Positions 1 to 7,799 of a DNA stretch of 64,000 bases are shown one piece after another. The translations under genes and the position numbers were made by a program. The stretch lies in the NCBI GenBank assembly GCA_041687695.1, contig JAWLBL010000007.1, positions 128,001 through 192,000 on the forward strand. Reading direction: 5' to 3'. Position 1 is the first letter of the stretch, and every line of letters begins with the position of its first letter. Source of the DNA: Myxococcota bacterium. GTDB taxonomy: Bacteria > Myxococcota_A > UBA9042 > PHBI01 > JAWLBL01. The notes under the pieces are model-generated. The model did no database searches, was not told the origin of the DNA, and saw nothing but the letters and a program-made list of their open reading frames with translations.

Positions 1-900
1 GTGGCCGGCAGCGCGGCGGTGGCGGTCTCGTTGTCGCTCACGCTGGCGGCGCCGCTGTGGCTGCTCGCCCTCGGCCCGCTCGTGCTCGGCGTCCCGCACC
101 TGCTCGCCGACGTGCGCTACCTGGTGGTCCGCCCCGGACATCATCGCCGACGCGCCCTGCGGTGGGCCGTGGGCCTGCCCCTGCTGGTCGCGGCCCTGGG
201 CGGCGGCTTGCTCGCCGGGCTGACGGCCGCCGCCGGGGCGACCCTGGTCGCTGCCACGTCCACGCGCTGCCGCCTCCTCACCCTCGCGGGCGTCGCGGTC
301 CTGTTCGTCCTGGCGCTGAGCCTGGGCCGCCAGGCCGACCTGGCCTTCGCGCACCTGCACAACGTCGTCGCCCTGGCGCTCTGGTGGCTCTGGCGCCCCC
401 GGACCGGCTGGCTCGCCGCCGCGCCCGTGCTCCTGTTCGTGCTGGCCAGCGCCGCGCTCGCCCTCGGCCTCGGCCAGGACGCGCTGTTCGCCGGCGGCCC
501 GGCCGGCCTCGGCGCCGAGCACCACCTCCTGTCGCTCGCGCCCGACGCCCCCCACCCCTGGGGGCTCCGGCTCGTCCTCCTCTTCGCCTTCGCCCAGTCC
601 GTCCACTACGCCGTCTGGCTGCGGCTGGTCCCCGACGACGACCGCCCGCGCGCCACGCCCCGCACCTTCGCCGCCTCGTGGCGCGCCCTCGCCGGCGACT
701 TCGGCCCCTGGCCCCTGGCGCTGACCGCCGCCCTGGCCATCGGCCTGGCCGTCTGGGCCACGCTCGATCTCGCGGCCGCCCGCGACGGCTACTTCCGCAT
801 GGCCCTGTTCCACGGCCACCTCGAGCTGGCCGCTCTGGCCCTGGTCGTCACCGAGGGCCGCGCGGCCCTGGGCGGCGCCAGCGCGGCGAGGCCCGCTTGA
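1..900 (+). CDS. Multi-pass membrane protein with four His-containing motifs (possibly 5'-truncated by the window edge)
   Basis: Many hydrophobic segments; motifs GVPH, HLHN, SVHY, FHGHLE; GC3-rich codons; stop overlaps the next start (TTGA at 897-900). Confidence 0.75.
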   Translation: MAGSAAVAVSLSLTLAAPLWLLALGPLVLGVPHLLADVRYLVVRPGHHRRRALRWAVGLPLLVAALGGGLLAGLTAAAGATLVAATSTRCRLLTLAGVAVLFVLALSLGRQADLAFAHLHNVVALALWWLWRPRTGWLAAAPVLLFVLASAALALGLGQDALFAGGPAGLGAEHHLLSLAPDAPHPWGLRLVLLFAFAQSVHYAVWLRLVPDDDRPRATPRTFAASWRALAGDFGPWPLALTAALAIGLAVWATLDLAAARDGYFRMALFHGHLELAALALVVTEGRAALGGASAARPA

Positions 901-1232
901 GCGCCTGGCTGGCGGCCTTCGCCTTCACGCAGCTCGTCGAGACGCCGCTCTACGTCCTGTGGCCGCTGCGCGACCGTCCGCTCGCTCGGGCGCTGCCGCT
1001 GGCCTTCGCCGCCAGCGCGCTGACCCACCCCATCGTCTGGTTCGTGATGCCCCACCTGGTCCCGGGCGACTATTGGACGATGGTCGCGGTGGCCGAGGTC
1101 TTCGCCGTCACCGCCGAGGCGGGCTGGCTGCGCCTCGTCGGCGTGCGCCGCCCCTGGTTGCCCGCGCTGCTCGTCAACGCCGCCAGCCTGGGCCTGGGCC
1201 TCATGTCACGCTGGGCCTTTGGTTGGCCGTGA
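897..1232 (+). CDS. Small (111 aa) membrane protein with intramembrane Glu/His/Asn residues
   Basis: C-terminal part of ORF 57..1232; TTG start overlaps the upstream stop; MSAWLAAFAFTQLVETPLY...ASALTHPIVWF...AEVFAVTAEA...NAAS. Confidence 0.75.
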   Translation: MSAWLAAFAFTQLVETPLYVLWPLRDRPLARALPLAFAASALTHPIVWFVMPHLVPGDYWTMVAVAEVFAVTAEAGWLRLVGVRRPWLPALLVNAASLGLGLMSRWAFGWP

Positions 1233-1285
1233 CGCCGCGAGCGCGCCCAGGCATGATGCCCCCGCACCACCTCGGAGCCCGCGCC

Positions 1286-1471
1286 ATGCGTCACCTCTTC
1301 GCCGCCCTCCTCACGACGACCCTGCTCCTGAGCGCGCCCCTCGCCCGCGCCGACGTCCCCCCCGAGCCCAAGGACGACGACGGCTGCCTCGGTGGCGGCG
1401 CCAGCGCCCTCCCGGCCGCCGCCGGCCTCGCCGCCCTCATCCTGGTCGTCCGCCGCCGCCGCGACGGCTGA
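1286..1471 (+). CDS. 61-aa exported micro-protein with MYXO-CTERM sorting signal
   Basis: GGAG upstream of the ATG; signal peptide ending ARA; mature DVPPEPKDDDG; then C-LGGGAS, a TM helix and RRRR. Confidence 0.75.
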   Translation: MRHLFAALLTTTLLLSAPLARADVPPEPKDDDGCLGGGASALPAAAGLAALILVVRRRRDG

Positions 1472-1483
1472 CCCCAGGCGCGC

Positions 1484-2518
1484 TCACTCGGCGGCGGGCT
1501 GCTCCTCGGCCGGGGCGGCGAGGACCCGCGGCCCCGCGGCCGTGATCTCGAGGACGGCCGGGCGGCCGCCGTAGTGCCGCGCCATCCCGACGTCGATGCG
1601 CCAGACCCGCCCGTCGCAGCCCGAGGTGATGCCGTCCTTCTGGATGGTGTGGCCGACCACCAGGCGGCTCGCGCCCAGGGCGCCGAGGGCCTCGGCCAGC
1701 GTGTCGCAGGCGGCGTCGTCGGCGTACAGGCGCGTCCAGACCGGGCTCGAGGGCGTGGCGAGCACCTGCGGCATCGGGCCCTCGTGGCGCATCCAGGCGC
1801 GGGTCTCGGCGTTGAGGCGCCCGAGGCCGTAGGCGACGTGCTCGGGCAGGATCCCGCCGTGCACGAAGACGGTGTCGCCGACCTGCGCGACCACCGGGTG
1901 CTCGGCCAGCTGCACGGCCATCGAACCGCCGGGCAGCAGCGCCGCCATGCGCGCGTGGGCGTGGCGCGGGAAGCGGGCCAGGCGCGGGTCGTCGCCGGAC
2001 GGCGCCTCGTCCTGGTCGTGGAACGAGGTGAAGCCGGCGGGCGTGACGTAGCGCAGGTCGCCTTGCACGTTCATGATCTCGTGGTTGCCGCTCAGGACGA
2101 CGACCTCGCCTCCGGCGGCGCGCGCTTCGGCCCGCAGGCGCGTCAGCAGGGCCAGGATCGCCCGCTCGTCGTCGCCTCGGTCCAGCAGGTCCCCGGTCTG
2201 GACCACCACCAGGGGCCCGCCGATCCAGCGATCGCCTTCGTCGACCGCGCCGGCCAGGCGCAGCGCGCGTCGCAGCGCCTCGAGATCGCCGTGGACGTCG
2301 CCGATGGCGACCAGGCGGGCGGGCGCCGGGCGCGGCTCGAGGCGGGCTTCGGGCCGCTCGGCTCGGGCGGGCGTGGCCCCGGGAGGGGCGGTCTCGGAGG
2401 CGGAGGTCGAGGCCGGGGCCGGTGCAATCGCCGGCGGCGCGGCCGACGAAGGCGTGGCGTCGGTGCGGCAGCCCGCGGCGAGGGCGAGCAGGGCGAGCGC
2501 GGTCACGGTGGCACGCAT
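1484..2518 (-). CDS. Lipoprotein metallophosphoesterase, Shewanella-like PPP phosphatase
   Basis: Lipobox LAAGC; motifs GDVHG, GDLLDRG, GNHE, HGG, GHT, IDVG. Confidence 0.85.
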   Translation of the reverse strand: MRATVTALALLALAAGCRTDATPSSAAPPAIAPAPASTSASETAPPGATPARAERPEARLEPRPAPARLVAIGDVHGDLEALRRALRLAGAVDEGDRWIGGPLVVVQTGDLLDRGDDERAILALLTRLRAEARAAGGEVVVLSGNHEIMNVQGDLRYVTPAGFTSFHDQDEAPSGDDPRLARFPRHAHARMAALLPGGSMAVQLAEHPVVAQVGDTVFVHGGILPEHVAYGLGRLNAETRAWMRHEGPMPQVLATPSSPVWTRLYADDAACDTLAEALGALGASRLVVGHTIQKDGITSGCDGRVWRIDVGMARHYGGRPAVLEITAAGPRVLAAPAEEQPAAE

Positions 2519-2647
2519 GGGGGCTCGGGGGCGACGCGCGGAGGACCATCCCTCCGACGCGGGCCAAGCTACGCCAAGCGAGCGGACGACGCGAACGTGG
2601 CGGAACGCCCGGCGCACCGATATCCTGCGCGCCCACCGGAGGACCCC

Positions 2648-3997
2648 ATGCGCAAGTACAGCATCGACACCATCCTGCGCGTGCGCCTCGCCCACCAGCC
2701 GGGGCGCCTCGCGCGCTTCGCCACGGTCGTCGCGCAGGAGGGCGGGCTGCTCGGCGAGATCACGACCGTCCACATCGGCGAGACCGACACCGTCCGCGAC
2801 ATCACCATCGAGACCGAGGACGAGGCCCACACCGAGCGGCTCCTCGACGCGGTGCGCGCCTTGGAGGGCGTCGAGCTGGTCCAGGTCACCGACCGCGTCT
2901 TCGAGCGCCACCGCGGCGGCAAGCTCCACTCGACCAGCAAGGTCGAGCTGCGGCAGATCGCCGACCTCCGCTACATCTACACGCCCGGCGTCGCCCGCGT
3001 CGCCCTGGCCATCGAGGCCGAGCCCGAGCGCGCCTGGGATCTCACCTCGCTCGGCAACTCCGTCGGCATCTTCACCAACGGCTCGCGCGTGCTGGGCCTG
3101 GGCAACATCGGCCCGCTGGCCAGCCTGCCGGTCATGGAGGGCAAGGCCGTCCTGTACGACAAGTTCGCCGGCCTCAGCGCGACGCCTATCCTCATCGACA
3201 CCCTGGACCCGGACGCCTTCATCGAGACGGTCGTGCGCCTCGCCCCGACCTTCGGCGGCATCCACCTCGAGGACATCCGCATCCCCGACTGCTTCCGCAT
3301 CGAGCGCGAGCTCGACGCGCGCCTCGCCAAGCCGGTCATGCACGACGACCAGCACGGGACCGCCACCGTCGCGCTGGCCGCCATCATCAACGCCTGCCGC
3401 CTGACCGGCGTCGACCTCCGCCGCGCCCGCCTGGGCCAGATCGGCCTGGGCGCCGCCGGCAGCGCCATCGCGCGCCTCGCCTCGGCCTACGGCGCGGGCG
3501 ACGTCCTGGTCACCGACCTCTCGGACGAGGCGATGCAGCAGGCCGCCACCTGGGGCGCCCGCCCCGTGCCCCTGCCGCAGCTCATGGCCGAGGCGGACAT
3601 CGTGGTCGCGACGACCGGCCGCCCCGGCCTCATCCGCCCCGAGATGGTGCGCAAGGGCCAGGTCATCTTCGCCCTGTCGAACCCCGAGCCCGAGATCCAC
3701 CCCAAGGAGGCCATGGCCGCCGGGGCCGCCTTCGCGGGCGACGGCCGCTCCATCAACAACGCCCTGGCCTTCCCGGGCATCTTCAAGGGCGCCCTCGAGG
3801 CCCGCAGCCGCTCCATCACCCCCGAGATGCTCATCGCGGCGGCCGAGGTCATCGCCGCCCACGCCGGCCCGGGCGACCTGGTCCCGAGCCCGCTCAACCC
3901 GCGCGTGCACGACGCGGTGCGCATGACCGTCTCGGCCAAGGCGCGCGCGCTGGGGCTGGTCAACACGGCGCGCGCCGCCGGCGGAGGTGCCCAGTGA
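2648..3997 (+). CDS. NAD(P)-dependent malic enzyme with N-terminal ACT domain
   Basis: GGAGG RBS; YTPGVA, VLGLGNIG, VMEGK, LEDI, HDDQHGTA, GLGAAG, FALSNP, INNALAFPGIF. Confidence 0.93.
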   Translation: MRKYSIDTILRVRLAHQPGRLARFATVVAQEGGLLGEITTVHIGETDTVRDITIETEDEAHTERLLDAVRALEGVELVQVTDRVFERHRGGKLHSTSKVELRQIADLRYIYTPGVARVALAIEAEPERAWDLTSLGNSVGIFTNGSRVLGLGNIGPLASLPVMEGKAVLYDKFAGLSATPILIDTLDPDAFIETVVRLAPTFGGIHLEDIRIPDCFRIERELDARLAKPVMHDDQHGTATVALAAIINACRLTGVDLRRARLGQIGLGAAGSAIARLASAYGAGDVLVTDLSDEAMQQAATWGARPVPLPQLMAEADIVVATTGRPGLIRPEMVRKGQVIFALSNPEPEIHPKEAMAAGAAFAGDGRSINNALAFPGIFKGALEARSRSITPEMLIAAAEVIAAHAGPGDLVPSPLNPRVHDAVRMTVSAKARALGLVNTARAAGGGAQ

Positions 3998-4467
3998 CCT
4001 GCTCACGGCGCCAGTTCCTGTCCCGCAGCGTCCTCGGCGCCGGGGTCCTCGCCTGCGGGGCGGGCCTCGTCGGGTGCGACACGCCAGCCTCCCCGCGTGG
4101 GCTCATCCCGGCGGGCCCCCTGGCCGAGCTGCCCGAGGGCACGCTGCGCCGCGTCCCGCCACAGGCGGTCGCCATCGGCCGCGACGCGGACGGCGTGTAC
4201 GCGATGACGCTCATCTGCACCCACGTCGGCTGCGACATGGGCGTCGACGGGTCGGTGTCCTTCGACGGCGTCGTCTGCGACTGCCACGGCAGCCGCTTCG
4301 ACGCCAACGGCGCCGTGACGCGCGGGCCTGCGAACGATCCGCTCGAGCACTTCGCCGTGCTCGTCGACGAGGCGGGCGAGCTGACCATCGACGCGGACGC
4401 GGTCGTTGCAGCCGCGACGAGGCTAGCCTGCATTTCTCACCAGATCCGTAGCGAGCCCGAGGGATAG
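3994..4467 (+). CDS. Tat-exported Rieske [2Fe-2S] lipoprotein; last 13 residues are MITE-derived
   Basis: GTG overlaps the malic enzyme stop; SRRQFL twin-arginine signal; LVGC lipobox; CTHVGC and CDCHGSRF ligand motifs. Confidence 0.88.
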   Translation: MTCSRRQFLSRSVLGAGVLACGAGLVGCDTPASPRGLIPAGPLAELPEGTLRRVPPQAVAIGRDADGVYAMTLICTHVGCDMGVDGSVSFDGVVCDCHGSRFDANGAVTRGPANDPLEHFAVLVDEAGELTIDADAVVAAATRLACISHQIRSEPEG

Positions 4468-4605
4468 TGCCGCAGATCCGCGGTGCTCGGAGTGGAGGCC
4501 GGTGAAGGCGTACTTGACAGTACGTCGAGCCGGCCGGAGCGAGAACGCCGCGGAGGTGCGGTGCTAGCCCCGGGCGCAGTAGGAGCTGGTGAGAAATGCA
4601 GGCTA
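4424..4605. mobile_element. MITE-like fold-back element: 178 bp core, 18 bp terminal inverted repeats, flanking TA duplication
   Basis: TAGCCTGCATTTCTCACCAG (4424-4443) is the exact reverse complement of CTGGTGAGAAATGCAGGCTA (4586-4605); nested internal stems; no transposase ORF. Confidence 0.8.
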
Positions 4606-4685
4606 CAGGTCGATTGACCTCGCTCGAGCGCTGGAAGCGCGGCGGCCCGGGCTTACCCTCGGCCCATCACAGCCCGAGGCCCCCC

Positions 4686-5030
4686 ATGCGCTTGCGACCG
4701 CGCCTGCCGAGCCATCACGAGATCCGTCACCGCGTCCCGCGCTGGGCCCGCCTCCCGCTTGGGCTGGCCCTGATGACCGGGGGCGTCTTCGGTTTCCTGC
4801 CCATCCTGGGTTTCTGGATGCTGCCGCTGGGCATCGTCGTGCTGCTGGTCGACGTGCCCTGGGTGCAGCGGCGCTGGGAGCGGTTCCGAGCCTGGGTGCA
4901 CGGCAAGCTGCATCACGACGACGCGCGGACCGGCGCCGCCGCGTCGGCCCGCCCCGACGAGGTCCTCCACGACGCCGCGCCGCGAGAGGCCGCGGACGTC
5001 AAGGAGGCCGACGCTGCTCGACGGCACTGA
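4686..5030 (+). CDS. Small membrane protein with a hydrophobic hairpin
   Basis: GAGG upstream; RLPLGLALMTGGVFGFLPILGFWMLPLGIVVLLVD segment followed by a charged tail. Confidence 0.7.
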   Translation: MRLRPRLPSHHEIRHRVPRWARLPLGLALMTGGVFGFLPILGFWMLPLGIVVLLVDVPWVQRRWERFRAWVHGKLHHDDARTGAAASARPDEVLHDAAPREAADVKEADAARRH

Positions 5031-5033
5031 GCG

Positions 5034-6080
5034 CTAGGAGGACCAGGCCCACGTGTTCAGGTGCGCCTCACCGCCCGCGCCCGAACGCGCGAGGCGGGCG
5101 ACGCCATAGGCCGCGGCGCCGAGGCCGGCGACCAGCAGGCTCGCCTTGATCGGGTGCAGGCGGGCCCAGGTGTAGGCGCTCCACTCCGAGGTGTGGGCGT
5201 GCAGCCCCGCGCGCTCGCGCCCGTCGGTGGCGGGTCGGTAGAGGTTGTCGGCGCGCGTGTTGGGGCGGTCCGACTCCTGGCCGGACAGCAGGGTGCGCGC
5301 CATCAGGCGGTCGCCCAGCCCGGGGGCGAGCTTGCCGATGAGCGAGAACCCGCGCGCGCCCGCGCCGGCGACCACGTCCCGCATGGGGTGCTGCGCGGCG
5401 CGCAGGACGGCGCGGGCGACCACCTCGGGCGCGTAGACGGGAGGCACGTTCCTGGGCGCGTGGTCGAGGTAGCTGCGCGCGTGCTCCTCGTACATGGTGT
5501 CGATGGCGGCCGGCTTGATGAGCGTGACGCTCACCGGGGCCCCCTCGGCCATCAGCTCCATCCGCAGCGCGTCGGTGAAGGCCTTCACCGCGTGCTTGGT
5601 GGCGCTGTAGGGCCCCTGCAGCGGGATGGCGCGGTCCGACAGCGTGCTGCCGATGTTGACGATGGTGCCGCCGCGGCGGCGCAGGTGGTCAATGGCCGCC
5701 AAGGATCCGTAGACCACGCCCCAGTAGTTGGTCTCGAACAGGCGCCGCTGATCCTCGACGGGCACGTCCTCGATGCGGCCGTAGATCGCGGCGCCGGCGT
5801 TGTTGACCCAGGTGTCGAAGCCGCCGAAGGCCCGGATGGCCGTCTCGGCGATCTCCTCGACCTCGTACTCGCGGCCCACGTCCGCCACGACGTGAACGGC
5901 CTCGCCGCCCTCGCTCCGGATCTGCTGGACCGCCTCGAGCAGGGCGGCCTCGTTGCGCGCGGCCATGACCACGCGGGCCCCCGCCGCCGCCGCCATGCGC
6001 GCCGTGCACAGCCCGATGCCGCTCGAGGCGCCGGTGATGACGATGACCTGCTCTCCGATGGGCTTGAGTCGCGTAGCCAT
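5034..6080 (-). CDS. Short-chain dehydrogenase/reductase (SDR)
   Basis: TGASSGIG, VNNAG, catalytic YSATK; GGAGG RBS. Confidence 0.92.
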   Translation of the reverse strand: MATRLKPIGEQVIVITGASSGIGLCTARMAAAAGARVVMAARNEAALLEAVQQIRSEGGEAVHVVADVGREYEVEEIAETAIRAFGGFDTWVNNAGAAIYGRIEDVPVEDQRRLFETNYWGVVYGSLAAIDHLRRRGGTIVNIGSTLSDRAIPLQGPYSATKHAVKAFTDALRMELMAEGAPVSVTLIKPAAIDTMYEEHARSYLDHAPRNVPPVYAPEVVARAVLRAAQHPMRDVVAGAGARGFSLIGKLAPGLGDRLMARTLLSGQESDRPNTRADNLYRPATDGRERAGLHAHTSEWSAYTWARLHPIKASLLVAGLGAAAYGVARLARSGAGGEAHLNTWAWSS

Positions 6081-6301
6081 GGGCCTCCCCTCGCGTGTCG
6101 TTGCCCTGGCTGTGGCCTTAGGCGCGTGCCTCCGCACGTCAAGCCGGCGCCCGCGCGCCCCGCGGCCCTCCGCGGCGCCCGGCCCTGGCCGCCGTCACCC
6201 GAGCGGCTGGTCTGCGGCGACGGCGCGCCTAACCCTTGAACCTGACGAGCGGCCCCTGCCCGGACGCGTTCGGGCGGGCGCCGCGGACCGAGGAGGCGGA
6301 G

Positions 6302-6589
6302 ATGCCAGCGACCTGGGACCGGCTGGACGAAGCGACGGAGACCGTGCGTGGGATGCTCGAGGAGCTGGGGCTCGACGCCTACCTCTTCGAGGTCCACGTG
6401 CGCGAGGGCCGCTGGGAGGTGCGCGTCGAGTGCGGCGCCCCGGACGGGCCCTGGCAGATGACGACGCTCGAGATCGACGGGGACGCCCTGACGCCGCCCG
6501 ACGCCCGCGGGCCCCGCGAGCGGGACCGCCTGCTGGACGAGTGGCGCGGCCGCCTGGACCTGTGCGCCGCCCCGCGCGGCGAGGCCTGA
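6302..6589 (+). CDS. Hypothetical protein (95 aa)
   Basis: GGAGG upstream; globular-looking sequence LEELGLDAYLFEVHVREGRWEVRVEC; coding-type codon bias. Confidence 0.7.
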   Translation: MPATWDRLDEATETVRGMLEELGLDAYLFEVHVREGRWEVRVECGAPDGPWQMTTLEIDGDALTPPDARGPRERDRLLDEWRGRLDLCAAPRGEA

Positions 6590-6592
6590 GGC

Positions 6593-7543
6593 TCAGCGCG
6601 GCGGGGGCGAGGCCGGGGGAGGCGCCAGCGACGCTGGCTCGACGTGGCACAGCACGTCCGCGTCGGCCAGGGCGTCGACGATGGCCGCCTCGACGCGATC
6701 GGCCAGGGCGTGCGCCTGCCGGACGGGGGTGGCGTCGGGCACGAAGATGGTCAGGTCGACGTGGTGTTGCCAGCCCTGGTGCCGCGCTCGGACGCGCGCC
6801 CACCCGACCAGCAGCGGCTCGTCGAGGGCCTCGAGGGCCGCCCGGATGCGGCCGAGGTCGGCGACGTCGGCCTCGTCCATCAGGCCGCCGACCGACTCGC
6901 GGAGCAGGCGCACGGCCGTCAGGCCGATGTTGCCGGCGGCCACCAGGGCCAGCGCGGGGTCCCACCACGTCGCGCCGGTCACCAGCACCAGCCCCAGGGC
7001 GAGCAGCGACGCGACCGACGTGACGACGTCCGTCATCAGGTGCTTGCCGTCGGCGACCAGGGTGGCCGAGTCGTGGCGGCGTCCCGTGCGGATGAGCCAC
7101 AGCCCCAGCACCCCGTTGACCGTCGCGGCGGCCGCCACGAGGACCAGGCCGGCGCCCAGGCGCTGCAGCTCGGCGCCCCGGACGAGGCCCTCGACCGCCT
7201 CGACGACGATCCACAGGGCCGCGACCAGGATGAGGGCGCCCTCGAAGCCGGCGGCGATGAACTCGATCTTGCCGTGCCCGTAGGGGTGGCCGCGATCGGC
7301 GGGGCGGTGGGCCAGCCGCACGGCGAAGAGGCCGAAGCCGGCGGCGACGACGTTGACGATGGTCTCGAGCGCGTCGGAGAGCACGGCCGTCGACCCGGTC
7401 AGGCGCCAGGCGATGAGCTTGACGACGAGCAGCGTGACGCCGACCGCCAGCGAGAGGGTGGCGGCGCGGCGGGTGGCGCGGGCGCGTTCGGCGCGGCGGG
7501 CTTCGCGCGGGGCGGCCTCGCCTCGGGTGGGGTCGGTCGACAT
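6593..7543 (-). CDS. Cation diffusion facilitator (FieF-like) transporter
   Basis: TGSTAVLSDALE, HPYGHGKIE, ADGKHLMTD, about six TM segments, C-terminal HVEP. Confidence 0.92.
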   Translation of the reverse strand: MSTDPTRGEAAPREARRAERARATRRAATLSLAVGVTLLVVKLIAWRLTGSTAVLSDALETIVNVVAAGFGLFAVRLAHRPADRGHPYGHGKIEFIAAGFEGALILVAALWIVVEAVEGLVRGAELQRLGAGLVLVAAAATVNGVLGLWLIRTGRRHDSATLVADGKHLMTDVVTSVASLLALGLVLVTGATWWDPALALVAAGNIGLTAVRLLRESVGGLMDEADVADLGRIRAALEALDEPLLVGWARVRARHQGWQHHVDLTIFVPDATPVRQAHALADRVEAAIVDALADADVLCHVEPASLAPPPASPPPR

Positions 7544-7611
7544 CGGGGCCGATTGTGCGTGGCGCGCGGCGCGGCGCAACCAGGAAGCGGCGGGGGAGGG
7601 CAGGGGCGGCG

Positions 7612-7741
7612 GCCGAGGCCGTGACCGGAGCCGTGTCCGTGGCCGGGGCGGTGGCGGTGTCCGTGGCCGTGGCGGTGACGGTGGCCGTGGCGAGGCCGTG
7701 GCCGTGGCCGTGTCGGTGACGGTGGCGGTGGCGGTGGCGGT
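7612..7741. repeat. Degenerate hexamer tandem repeat (GTGGCC/GTGGCG/GTGTCC)n
   Basis: About 20 imperfect 6-bp units between two divergent genes. Confidence 0.8.
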
Positions 7742-7799
7742 ACCCGGGGGGCGAGGCATTGGGTATGCTCGCGGCCGAACCGGACGGGGCAGGTGGGAC

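Noticed and set aside
2648..3997. Malic enzyme as dedicated malate supplier for BshA
   Set aside because: More than 50 kb from the bsh operon; an ordinary central-metabolism gene.
4514..4519. Perfect TTGACA in the apical loop of the MITE as a mobile promoter
   Set aside because: No recognisable -10 element at 16-18 bp spacing.
4589..4685. ATG/GTG starts at 4589 and 4596 for the downstream membrane protein
   Set aside because: They lie inside the MITE terminal repeat; the ATG at 4686 has an RBS-like GAGG and fits better.
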